NCBI GenBank assembly: GCA_002633005.1
Contig: NMRA01000083.1
Coordinates: 711,161 to 775,160, forward strand
DNA length: 64,000 nt
Source of the DNA: Phoronis australis
Lineage: Eukaryota; Animalia; Phoronida
Direction: 5' to 3'
The translations under genes were made by a program, and so were the position numbers. The notes beneath the pieces were generated by a model, which searched no databases, was not told the DNA's origin, and saw only the letters and a list, made by a program, of their open reading frames with translations. Position 1 is the first letter of the stretch. Every line of letters starts with the position of its first letter. This document shows, piece by piece, positions 50,441 through 63,202 of this stretch.

Positions 50441-53400
50441 ATAACTTATACGCTTAAAATGCTTAATTGATATTTAACGCGTGGGATTTGGCTCAGCGGT
50501 AGTCTAAGAGGTTGCTATTCACTACTTTTGCACTTTGGTGGCGCTGCAAAATGATTGTTGTGCATTATTGTTTAGAACACAATGCCTCGTTTTAGCATCA
50601 ATTTTAACAACGCAAACGTGAAAGCGCGCGTGCTCCAAACAAGCAGCACCATTTGTAGTGTGGACACAACACCTCGTTTTCAAGCACAATGGCAAATTCG
50701 TGCATGTAGTGAAGTGGGAATGAAGCGGGTAAGATTACGCGCTATTTATAATTTCTTTTATCGCCAAGCATACAAGTAACCCTACATACTTTCAGTGAAA
50801 GAGGGCTCATTTTGCGTACTCGTAACGATCGTAGCCAAGATTTTCGGATAAAGGATATTGTCGCTCGCTTTCAAAAATTTTGATCTTGAACTAGACAGGG
50901 ATCAATCAAAAATGATGATTATTGGGAATATATGGGCTACTACACAGCTCGCTCTTACGCGCACTTTAGGAAGCATGTCACTCGCTTAGTATTGTAATCA
51001 GTTGGTCCAACAACCATGGCGTTATTCAAATACAGGTACCCCATTTCGATGGTATGCACTCGATCAGTTAATATGAGTATTTCAGATTGGACCGTGACAA
51101 GCCAGAACGCGTCGACGCACTCTCGTGATTGTTTTCAAATAGCATCCACCAAAACGTGTTTGGTAGCGAACACTTTTGATACAGGACATTTCCTGTGTAC
51201 CCGACTGATTAAGCATGGTAAACCCCATTTTTTCACTTCTTTAGTTCTCAACCAGCTTTCAATAAACTATAAAATGCTATGCAAATTGTAAGTTGCAGGG
51301 ACGGTACGCGTGCTTGAGTACAAGGGCCTGCCACATTCACCCTGTTTATTGTAATGGTGTTGGATATTACATCTTCTTACCAGCGTCCGCTTTCTCCCCT
51401 CCTTTCCTCCCTTATATGTTATCATACGGGTGTTATCGCAAGAAAGGCGCAGTCACGGGAAATTCTATATCATTTCGTCAGTGATAAATGTCCACATAAT
51501 TTGAAGGATTACAAAGGCAAAAATCTTCAGGTCCGTGTTATTTTTGAAATCTAATGTGTTGGTGTGGTATTTTTATTCGGTCATTAAAAAACATCTGAGA
51601 TAACGATTGCTGTGTGTTGCGCTCCTGCCGAGGAGGGAGGGTGGGTGGGTAACTGGGTAAGGAGGAGGAGGGTGGAGACTGTTGACGTCCAATCGTTAGG
51701 TGATTATGACAAACTTCGGCAAGCCACGATATGTAAACCTTGCTTTTGTGAATTGGCTGAAATTGACGCTGGTGGCCACTTTTCTGAAAACGGTGAGGTG
51801 CTTTTTTTGGCTTTTTGTTCTAAATAACTCGTTCTGCAACCGATCAAACCACTTTAAAACATTGCCAAGTTTAGTTTCATCCTCTGCAAATCGGAGTAAC
51901 ATTTTCTGATTTGCTCAAGAATAAAGTTTGAGGCTTGTTCTGTTAAGCGCTTCATAATTAATATTTACAACTGTATAAAATGAATTCCGTGCTATTTTGT
52001 TGTTGAATCATTCCCTCGTATTGACGTTTTTTTAAGCCATGAACCAATGGCTCAAAAATTAGATTTCCTCGCAAGGATCGCTCGGTCTTCTTCATTTATC
52101 TGGGTCAACTCAGTGAGTCAAACTACTATATTTATTGGTGTTAGCCAATTATACTAATTAAACATAATTGAGATAAATACTGCTGAGAAAGATGCAGATA
52201 CTGGTTACGTAATTTGTTCAATTAGTCGTTTCAATCTGATTATGAGACTGTATGGTGTAGGAAATTTCATAGACTGCATAAATGAATGTAAGTACGTTAT
52301 GAACTATTTATATCTCTCAATTTTGAACACCAGTCACTGAAATTTTGTGATTGATGGCAGACATTTTGACCATGGGGACAAATGTTTCTTACGTCAGCTA
52401 TAGCTAGACGATATTCCCGATGACAGTAAGTATCTCATACCACTAAACACCTCATTATCTTTTCGGGATTTTAGCAAAGAGCTGATACGCTACTAACAGA
52501 GTTGGATTTTGTTGACTGACTTAGCGACTTATTAGTTCAGTTTGAGGAGTCATTGAAAGAGTACAATTATTTTGTACAAGTATTGTTACAAGCATAGATT
52601 TTGAAAGACAAATGTCGTACAAAAACGCAGCAGGAAATGTACACTCAAGGGGATCCTGAACAAAAAAAACTGGCGCTGGGAGAGAATGTGTACCGCGGAG
52701 TTGGTGTTTTATGGTATTAGACTGCGTTTACATTGGGATCTAAACTAGAATTTATCCCGGAAAATTTACTGAGGCGCGGCCATGGAATCGTGAAGGTGGA
52801 ATTATAGGCTTAACGATAGACCACCTGTTGTGGCGGCCAGCTTACATTCCACACCAAATAATTTCTTGGGATAGGCCAGGAAATTTGAAGTGTGCTTTGC
52901 ATGCAGTGAATCTATTTTGCTAATATTTGCGAACAACAGAATGAAAATAGTCCGGGTGTAGATGAGCCTTTCTTTGCAATGGCGGCGGTCTCCGGCAGCA
53001 TTGTTGCATTTCTGCTCAGCGAGCGAGGAATCTGCTGTGATTTCAGGTAGTCCTCAAATCACTAACCTAAAATTGCAAAACTGAAAAATTTGACTGGACG
53101 GCACACTTTTGGACCACAGTTGCAACATTGCTGTCGGAATCTAGTGTTGAAAAGGGTTTAAAAATATGAAAGAAGTCTTTTGAAACTTGCATGGGTCAGA
53201 TTTCACCTAAGACGTAAAGCCGATGTAGAGACACTTACAACGACTATAAACCGTGCGTTCGTGTCGAATACAACATTACTTTAGTTCCCAATATACATAC
53301 CCATAAGCATACGCACACACATACATACATGCATACACACATACGTACCACATATGTACATACATACATACATTTGCCCTCCTGCCATATACCAGAAGTG

Positions 53401-54272
53401 ATACAGCATTGGCAGATCCAAGGGGGGAGCAGGTCAAGTGGGTCCGGATCTTCCCTTTTCTCCCTTGATTTAAGTGATATCAAATCTAGAATTTTCAAAT
53501 TGTTGACTTGGATCTCCCCTTTTTCAAAAATCCTTGATCTGACCGCCCTTTTGAAAATAATAGGTCGCCTCAACAAATCCAACGTATTAGTATCTTGAAC
53601 TTTCGATTTCTGAGCTGAAACGTTCACACCGTGATCTGAAATGTATTGAGCCCTGTCTGAGCCAACAACGCAATGTCACTTCTTGCTTAGCACTGAAATC
53701 ACTTCTTAATTGAGCAATAAGATGAAATCATTTTCAGAACGAACAGAGGCATAAACCAAAATAAGTCTGTTTTGATAGAAAGCAAAGGTTTAATGCATAA
53801 GCTACGAAATTCTGTTTTGGCTTAGCACTGTTTTGCTGGAAGCTTTAGATCCCACATGGCCGTCTAAGTGTCATAATTGTATAAATTCTACAATGTTGTT
53901 ACGGTCTGTGTCCCCGGGAGTACTGACGGGATGTGTAGCAGAAAAATTATAAAATCTACAAGACAAAAAATTAATCTACTCGCAGAGATTTTCCGTGAGA
54001 TGGCCACTTGTAGAGTATAATTAAAAAACGCCACCGTTTTCTAAAGGTTAATTCCGAAAATCTTTTCGTAGCCCAAGAAGAGATGTTAAATATTTTGCAA
54101 CAAAAGTTCCAAAAGTACATACGATACTAAAAACTTTTATGTAGGATTGTGTTTGATTGGAAACGAAATCCGTTGTAGACTTTCGAATTTCTTTTTGGAT
54201 TCGGGAGTACTTGGGAAAAAACATCATTTCGTAGGGAATTTTTGTCACAAAATGCACACTTCCGTAGGAAAA

Positions 54273-54427
54273 CTGGCGTGCGTTCAGTAGCGCTAGGACC
54301 TACGCTAGGATTTAGCTAAAATCTAGTCAGAAACACGTGTTGTCATTTAAAGTACGCAGCAATACCTCATGCAATCTCGTGTAGTCTTTACTTTTTAGCG
54401 AGGTCCTAGCGTTACTGAACGGGAGGC
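54273..54427 (+). mobile_element. ~155-bp MITE with CGTTCAGTA(A/G)CGCTAGGACCT inverted ends
   Basis: Other copies at 55975-56099, 59007-59137, 60386-60516 and 61496-61652 (reverse). Confidence 0.85.
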
Positions 54428-55067
54428 GGGTCGTCAAAATTTCACCCGTCTGGGCGGCATATACTGTATACCTCTACGGGACTAACCGTAGGGCTTGTTT
54501 ACGAGAGTAGGCCTACAGATAACCCGTCGAAAATTGTCCTCATTCATTAAGGAACACAAACTCGATTCCCGTGGACTGATTATCCTGTAATTAACTTGTC
54601 TTGGAATATCCAGCCATCAGTAACATTGTCATTTAGTCAATTTCTAGTTAATAAGAAGTCTAAACACTAATGACCAATTTGTGAGCCATCAGTCATAACA
54701 CTAACTTTATTTTGCTCATTACAACGATACAAACGACACATTGATTAAAGCAAAAATTAAACCTCTCATGTTGTTATTTTCTAATCAGAACACCTGGCGT
54801 CTTTACTAAGAACTACTGTAACAGCATTATTTAGTTATGTTGCCGTTTGTGAGTCGGCGCGCATAAACGAAATCATCACATGTATATTTACGCTAAAGGT
54901 GCACACAAATACTTTGTGAATTTACGTCTTAAATAATATCCACAAATACAACAAACTTTCTTTTGAAATACATGTTCAACGTTTTCTTTTCTCAGCTGCA
55001 GCGACGATCATAAGCGAACCAAAACCTACTTAAAGAAGAAGTGATAACTAGAAGAATTTGCTTGATG

Positions 55068-55683
55068 CAAATGTATATATGACAGTCAATAGTCTGAAAC
55101 AAATGTATATATGACAGCCAATAGTCTGAAACAAGTGTATATATGACAGCCAATAGACTGAAACAAATGTATATATGACAGCCAATAGACTGAAACAAGT
55201 GTATATATGACAACAATAGACTGAAACAAGTGTATATATGACAGCCAGTAGACTGAAACAAGTGTATAAATGACAGCCAATAGACTGAAACAAGTGTATA
55301 TATTACAACCGATAGACTGAAACAAGTGTATAAATTGCAGCCAATAGACTGAAACAAGTGTATATATATGACAGCCAGTAGACTGAAACAAGTGTATAAA
55401 TGACAGCCAATAGACTGAAACAAGTGTATATATTACAACCGATAGACTGAAACAAGTGTATAAATTGCAGCCAATAGACTGAAACAAGTGTATATATATG
55501 ACAGCCAGTAGACTGAAACAAGTGTATAAATGACAGCCAATAGACTGAAACAAGTGTATATATTACAACCGATAGACTGAAACAAGTGTATAAATTGCAG
55601 CCAATAGACTGAAACAAGTGTATATATATGACAGCCAGTAGACTGAAACAAGTGTATATATGACAGCCAATAGACTGAAACAA
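55068..55683. repeat. 32-bp minisatellite (TGACAGCCAATAGACTGAAACAAGTGTATATA), ~19 units, cut by N gap
   Basis: Directly visible tandem array. Confidence 0.97.
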
Positions 55684-56736
55684 NTGAAATCCGCCATGTT
55701 TACTATTTCAGTTCATTGAATTCAGAGTTTTGAGATTGCTTTGGAAATTCCATCGCCAATTCACCACTCACGAAGACAGTTAATGGAACCTAGGAAAGAT
55801 AAGGCTTCGAAGGTTTATGCAACACCAGACTGAGGGAGGTGCACGCAGATTTTATTTGGATTTTGGACGGTTGAAGTTGGGAGTCTCGGCTTGGCAAAGT
55901 TGAAGTGTCCAACCTTTATGTTTTCTTATATATATTATTGAGTGACGTCATTTGCGATAAACCCAAGCGCCTGTAGCTAGGACCTAGCTAAAATCTAGTC
56001 CGAAACACGTGTTGTCACTTAAAGTACGCAGCAATATCTCATGTAATCTCGTGTAGTCTTTACTTTTTAGCGAGGTCCTAGCGTTACTGAACGGGAGGCG
56101 GGTCGTCAAAATTTCACCCGTCTGGGCGGCATATACTGTATACCTCTACGGGACTAACGGTAGGGCTTGTTTGCAAGAGTAGGCCTACAGTTCACCCGTC
56201 GAAAATAGTCCTCATTCATTAAGGAACACAAACTCGATTCCCGTGGACTGATCACCCTGTAATTAACTTCTCTTGGAATATCCAGACATCAGTAACATTG
56301 TCATTTAGTCAATTTCTAGTTAATAAGAAGTCTAAACACTAATGACCAATTTTGTGAGCCATCATTCATAACACTAACTTTATTTTGCTCATTACAACGA
56401 TACAAACGACACATTGATTAAAGCAAAAATTAAACCTCTCATGTTTTTATTTTCTAATCAGAACACCTGGCGTCTTTACTAAGAACTACTGTAACAGCAT
56501 TATTTAGTTATGTTGCCTTTGGGAGTCGGCGCGCATAAACGAAATCATCACATGTATATTTACGCTAAAGGTGCACACAAATACTTTGTGAATTTACGTC
56601 TTGAATAATATCTACAAATACAACAAACTTTCTTTTGAAAAACATGTCCAACGTTTTCTTTTCTCAGTTGCAGCGACGATCAAAGGCGAACCAAAACCTT
56701 CTTGAAGAAGTGATAACTAGAAGAATTTGCTTGATG

Positions 56737-57862
56737 CAAATGTATATATGACAGCGAATAGGCTGAAACAAGTGTATATATGACAGCCAATAGACTGAAA
56801 CAATTGTATATATGACAGCGAATAGGCTGAAACAAATGTATATATGACAGCGAATAGACTGAAACAAGTGTATATATGACAGCCAATAGACTGAAACAAA
56901 TATATATATATGACAGCCAATAGACTGAAACAAGTGTATATATGACAGCCAATAGACTGAAACAAATATATATGTGACAGCCAATAGATTGAAACAAGTA
57001 TATATATGACAGCCAACAGACTGAAAAAAGTATATATATGACAGCCAATAGACTGAAACAAGTGTATATATGACAGCCAATAGACTGAAACAAGTGTATA
57101 TATGACAGCCAATAGACTGAAACAAGTATATATATGACAGCCAATAGACTGAAACAAGTGTATATATGACAGCCAATAGACTGAAACAAATATATATGTG
57201 ACAGCCAATAGATTGAAACAAGTATATATATGACAGCCAACAGACTGAAAAAAGTATATATATGACAGCCAATAGACTGAAACAAGTGTATATATGACAG
57301 CCAATAGACTGAAACAAGTGTATATATGACAGCCAATAGACTGAAACAAATATATATATGACAGCCAATAGACTGAAACAAGTATATATATGACAGCCAA
57401 CAGACTGAAAAAAGTATATATATGACAGCCAATAGACTGAAACAAGTGTATATATGACAGCCAATAGACTGAAACAAATATATATATGACAGCCAATAGA
57501 CTGAAACAAATGTATACATGACAGCCAATAGACTGAAACAAATGTATATATGACAGCCAATAGACTGAAACAAGTGTATATATGACAGCCAATAGACTGA
57601 AACAAATGTATACATGACAGCCAATAGATTGAAACAAGTGTATATATAACACCCAATAGACTGAAACAAATGTATGCATGACAGCCAATAGACAGAAACA
57701 AATGTATACATGACAGCCAATAGACTGAAACAAGCGTATATATGACAGCGAATAGACTGAAACAAGTGTATATATGACAGCCAATAGACTGAAACAAATA
57801 TATATATATGACAGCCAATAGACTGAAACAAGAGTATATGACAGCCAATAGACTGAAACAAG
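56737..57862. repeat. 32-bp minisatellite, ~35 units
   Basis: Directly visible tandem array; source of the spurious ~400-aa ORFs. Confidence 0.97.
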
Positions 57863-58106
57863 CAAAAGTCTGCTTTTAAGTCCAATCAACTTATTTTTCA
57901 AACATTTATCTACAAAAAATGGATTTTTGGAGTCTCGTGTGCCTTTTGCCGAAAATAACAGTGTGTGTCACGTTCGTTCTTGAGAATCAGGATTTTTTGT
58001 AATAACGTTGTTAATGTTCTCTGGACCATGGGTGCTTAATTTAATTCATCTATTCAGACTAATTTGATAATTTGTATTTACTGTGAGAGCAGCGTTTCAT
58101 TCTAGA

Positions 58107-58293
58107 TTAAAGGGACAGTGTCGTTTTTACGGCCGTAAACGTATTTTTGAATTTGTAGCTTAATGGAATTGACTCTAGGTACTTTTTGCTTTGACCAGAG
58201 CTACAAAACAACAACATTCCTTGTGTGTTTTGTGATTTTGTTGAAAATCGCCAAATCTTGTCGTTGTCTACTAGACATTCGTTGAAATCAAGA
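58107..58293 (+). mobile_element. Left end of TTAA-AGGGACA repeat family
   Basis: Aligns with 50260-50440. Confidence 0.65.
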
Positions 58294-60946
58294 CCGGTGA
58301 TTTGAAACTCTCTGCCACATGACGAGTGGGATTTATCTGAGCCAGAGAGTAGGCGGGTGGCTGCTACGCAAGACTAATATTCAGATTCAGTTCCGCACTG
58401 GGGCTGATCTGAAATGGAGATTTTCTCTCCTGTATTATACAATTATTGACTTTCGGAGTTTCAGAGCTCAAAAATATGACAATAACCTCGTATTATTCAT
58501 GAAAGAAGGCTCCGTTACTGAGATCATTCGTTCGGTCAGTCAGCAACCACTTTTTTACCCAAAGCCTTTGGAAAGATTTTAAAACAACTTGGCGCTCGGA
58601 ATGAACAAGAGCTTTTGAATGAACATTGATCACTCATTTCAACGACTAACATTTTACCAAAATATTGTGGAGATTTTGAAAAAAAGAATCCATTAGGTGG
58701 TCGGAATGGACAAAGGAACAATCTATTATATTTTGGGAAGGACATCCTGCATTGAGGTCATGCAACGGTTGTTTTTAATGCAAAACCAAAGATAAACGTC
58801 GGTTGGATATCTCCATGGATATTTCTCTATATATCTATGATTATAACTAGCGCCACAACAAGCTGCGTTGCAGCACGTTCAGAGTGCACGCCAAAATAAA
58901 GTGTATTGATAGTCAGTGCCAGATCTTAGCTATTGAAAATGCACCGTTGTACGATAGCGTGATAGTCGGAACTATGACTGATGCCTTGGTGCAGGCGTGC
59001 TTTCATCTGGCGTGCGTTCAGTAACGCTAGGACCTACGCTAGCACCTAGCTAAAATTTAGCCAAAGTCACGTGATCTTATTTAAAATACACGGCAAAAGC
59101 TCACATAGTCTCGCGAAGTCCTTGCCTTATTGAACGGTAAGCTGATGGTTGACAGTTAATAACAAATGTGACGTCAGAATCTGGATGAAATAAAAAGGCT
59201 TCCAAGTTCTGTGACATGCTGGTGGCGTAGTGCAAAGGCCGAGGCTTGCGAAATGAGAGAGACCGGGCTCGAATCTCGATGAAGTAATTGCAGCTTCACT
59301 AAAAATTTGACTTCGGAATATTGATCTGTCCAAATTGTATAATAGCGTCGCTTTATGCAATGCACATTATATCTCACTGTGTAGATTAATCATTCATATA
59401 CGAATAATTTGGTTAGTACACTTCTATGATGCGATCATGCGGGACCAAGTGAAGCATGTTACAAGCATACCGTAGGAGGAGCTGTTAGAATACGTATTAG
59501 ACACCTTCGATTATCGAAAGAGCAAATATAATCATGTTACAATCAATGATTGACCGATGGTCATATCATGNGCTGAATGGAATTGACTCTAGGTACTTTT
59601 TGCTTTGACCAGAGCTATAAAACAACAACATTCCTTGTGTGTTTTGTGATTTTGTTAAAAATCGCCAAATCTTGTCGTTGTCTACTAGACATTCGTTGAA
59701 ATCAAGACCGATGATTTGAAACTCTCTGCCACATAGCGAGTGGAGAGTAGGCGGGGGCTGCTACGCAAGACTAATATTCAGATTCAGTTCCGCACTGGGG
59801 CTGATGTAAAATGGAGATTTTCTCTCCTGTATTATACAATTATTGACTTTCGGAGTTTCAGAGCTCAAAAATATGACAATAACCTCGTATTATTCATGAA
59901 AGAAGGCTCCGTTACTGAGATCATTCGTTCGGTCAGTCAGTAACCACTGTTTTACCCAAAGCCTTTGGAAAGATTTTAAAACAACTTGGCGCTCGGAATG
60001 AACAAAGGAGCTTTTGAATGAACATTGATCACTCATTTCGTTAATCAGCGACTAACATTTTACCAAAATCCATTAGGTGGTCGGAATGGACAAAGGAACA
60101 ATCTGTTATATTTTGGGAAGGACATCCTGCATTGAGGTGATGCAACGGTTGTTTTTAATGCAAAACCAAAGATAAACGTCGTTTGGATATCTCCATGGAT
60201 ATTTCTCTATATATCTATGATTATAACTAGTGCCACAACAAGCTGCGTTGCAGCACGTTCAGAGTGCCCGCGAAAATAACGTGTATTGATAGTCAGTGCC
60301 AGATCTTAGCTATTGAAAATGCACGTTGTACGATAGCGTGATAGTCGGAACTATGACTGATGCCTTGGTGCAGGCGTGCTTTCATCTGGCGTGCGTTCAG
60401 TAACGCTAGGACCTACGCTAGCACCTAGCTAAAATTTAGCCAAAGTCACGTGATCTTATTTAAAATACACGGCAAAAGCTCACATATTCTCGCGAAGTCC
60501 TTGCCTTATTGAACGGTAAGCTGGTTGTCGGTCAATAACAAATGTGACGTCAGAATCTGGATGAAATAAATAGGCTTCCAAGTTCTGTGACATGCTGGTG
60601 GCGTAGTGCAAAGGCCGAGGCTTGCGAAATGAGAGAGACCGGGCTCGAATCTCGATGAAGTAATTGCAGCTTCACTAAAAATTTGACTTCGGAATATTGA
60701 TCTGTCCAAATTGTATAATAGCGTCGCTTTATGCAATGCACATTATATCTCACTGTGTAGATTAATCATTCATATACGAATAATTTGGTTAGTACACTTC
60801 TATGATGCGATCATGCGGGATCAAGTGAAGCATGTTACAAGCATACCGTAAGAGGAGCTGTTAGAATACGTATTAGACACCTTCGATTATCGAAAGAGCA
60901 AATATAATCATGTTACAATCAATGATTGACCGATGGTCATATCATG
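58158..60946 (+). repeat. Near-identical tandem duplication 58158-59570 / 59572-60946 across N at 59571
   Basis: Colinear with small indels; duplicated spurious ORFs in the track. Confidence 0.92.
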
Positions 60947-61495
60947 CAAGACGCCTCTTGTCGGATAGAACTATTGGTCAAAACTTGCTATTTGACACTA
61001 AGTTGTCATTTTACCCAGGTATTCATTAATCTTCAAAACTCCTAAAATTGTTTGGTGAAAGTATTTTCAAATTAGGAATTAGCTTCCTAATTATGTGATT
61101 ACACCACGTGCCAAATGAAGTTTATTCATGCGTTCGCGGGTGCTTGCTTCCAGTACATTCAAACTGTAGACATGCTGTCTGGCTATTTGAACAAAATCAC
61201 GAGAACTCAACGACTTTTGATGTATAAAGACGATTCAACTCAAAAAGAACATCGAAAATGCGATTTTACTCATCGAACTGACTGTGTCTCTTTTACCGAA
61301 TTGGCAGCCCATATAAACTCACTTCCAGCAGTCAATAAGGTGCCTAAAATATTAAAGCTCCGGTATTAGATCAAACCCAGAACTACCACCTGTTCGCACC
61401 TGTTTGGGCCAAAATTAAACTCTACTATTGGCACATTTCTCTGTTGTTACTTTACTCATTCTAGACCCTGACGAGAGCATTGAAGAACCAGAAAT

Positions 61496-61652
61496 CAGCC
61501 TCCCGTTAAGTAACGCTAGGACCTCGCTAAAAGGCAAGACTTCGCGAGATTACGTGAGATATTGCCGTGCATTGTGAATGAGAACACGTGACTTTGACTA
61601 GCTTTTAGCTAGGTCCTAGCGTAGGTCCTAGCGTCTACTGAACGCACGCCAG
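61496..61652 (-). mobile_element. ~155-bp MITE, reverse copy
   Basis: Reverse complement of the 54273-54427 family. Confidence 0.85.
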
Positions 61653-62042
61653 AAAAGCACATTTTGCCTGTGTGTACCACCCACTGGTTATCGGTTGCCA
61701 GAGCGGCTATTCTCTGAGAGATAGTGTATTAATCTAATTGTCATAAATAAGGCATTAAGTGATAGCGAAGAATTTAATCATCGATCGACTTGAGAAAAAG
61801 TGCAAACGTTCATCTTATTGAGATATTTTCTAGAAATAATACGAATGTCTGTTTAAATTTCATGTCTGCAGTCGACGTATTTGCTTGGGATTGGCATCGA
61901 ATTACGGGGCATGACGTACCAATTGAAATAAGTAATCACCAGAAACCCTACGAGAGTTCCATGAAATTTGTCCTCACTGAAAAACGTCGTTAACTTTGCT
62001 TTGTTATTATTTACTTGCGACTGAATGTTGATAACCACTTTT

Positions 62043-62525
62043 ATCGGCGAATTTACCCTCCCTTATCTTTCCTCCGACCCCTCTCTCACCCTCCAACGCT
62101 CCTCCGTCCAATTTTTCTCCCCACCCTCTCAACCCCCCTACATGACCGTCACCATCTCCAATTTCAAACACCACCATTCCGCCCCTGTTACCTTTCACAT
62201 CCCTTCCTCTCCCTCTCCGTACTGTCCTGTTTCCCACCTTCGGACCTACCTGGCCTTATCCCCCTGTTCGTCCGGCCACCTTTTCCTCCTCGCCGACTCC
62301 TCCTCCGTCACACGTTCCTTCTTTACCCACCAGCTCAATGCCGTTCTAACCTCTGCCTCCCTTGACCCCTCCTTCTACAAGTCTCACAGTTTCCGCATCG
62401 GAGCCGCCACCTCTGCCGCCGCTCGCGGCCTCCCGGAGCCCATCATCCAACGCATGGGCCGCTGGAAGTCCGACGCTGTCAATGGATACATCCGCATGTC
62501 AGTTTTCCTCCCACCTCGTCCCTAA
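62043..62525 (+). pseudogene. Tyrosine recombinase C-terminal fragment
   Basis: IGEFT...FKH...CPV...HSFRIGAATSAAARG...MGRWKSDAVNGYIR: HxxR, W and catalytic Y present; begins just after the box-I Arg. Confidence 0.92.
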
Positions 62526-63202
62526 TTTCCCCCTTCCTCTTGTCTCTCCCTTCCCCAGGCCAGCCACCCGTTACCTCCCATTGGTGTCAGTATTGCCTGC
62601 ACCTCCCTCGCAAGCGTCCCTTTGCCTGCCCCTTCCCCATCCACTCCATCCCCTTCGTTCCGTATCTCGTTCGTCTCATTTGTAGATTATTTTGTATTTT
62701 ATATTTTCTTCCACCCTATTAGCCATTTTGTTAGGCCTTGGCCTATATTTTGTGTTTCATTTATTCTTAACTTGTTACTCTACCTTTATATCCGACTATT
62801 GTTAGCCTTATTTCTCTTATATTAACAAATTTGTTATTCTCTGTTAGCCATTTTTGATTTGATATAACGCTTTATTTTTATATTTTTCTCTCATTTCCTT
62901 TTAGTTTTCGTACTCCCGTTTCGTCCTCTAGCTTACCAGTTCGTGTATTCATTTATGTTCGTTTTTTCTCCCTTGTTTTTCCTCATTTATCTACTTTCTT
63001 CCCGCCATGACACGGGGTGAGATAACACCGGCACCTGTTCCAGCCCTGGAAATCGTACCTCCCCCTCCGGTTTGGCACCCGGAGTTAGGGTTGGGTATCC
63101 GGCTGACAGCATTTGTAAGTAGTCCTGCACCCCTTTTCTTTTCATTTCTCTCCCTTCGTGCGTCCCTGCGGATGGGCATGAGCTGTCTTACAACATCTCT
63201 GT

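Larger units (their letters stand above)
54300..57862 (+). repeat. Near-identical duplication 54300-55683 / 55975-57862 across N at 55684
   Basis: ~770 bp of flank plus the minisatellite repeated with scattered substitutions. Confidence 0.9.

Noticed and set aside
44000-54000. Additional host gene downstream of POGLUT2
   Set aside because: No chain of exons or conserved peptide found; appears to be intergenic repeat debris, though small exons could be missed
55068-57862. CRISPR-like array (32-bp repeats)
   Set aside because: Units are head-to-tail with no unique spacers, there are no cas genes, and the context is eukaryotic
56664-57901. Three overlapping ~400-aa ORFs (and the 55-kb ORFs) as real proteins
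   Set aside because: They are translations of a 32-bp minisatellite, with the same cyclic peptide in all frames
61115-61369. 84-aa ORF with ATG start
   Set aside because: No recognisable family, splice context or partner exons
61538-61552. BANP-motif-like TTCGCGAGA in the 155-bp MITE (also 59109, 60488) and CGCGAGA at 30414 as autoregulatory sites
   Set aside because: Only 7-8 of 10 positions match TCTCGCGAGA; expected by chance in CpG-containing repeats
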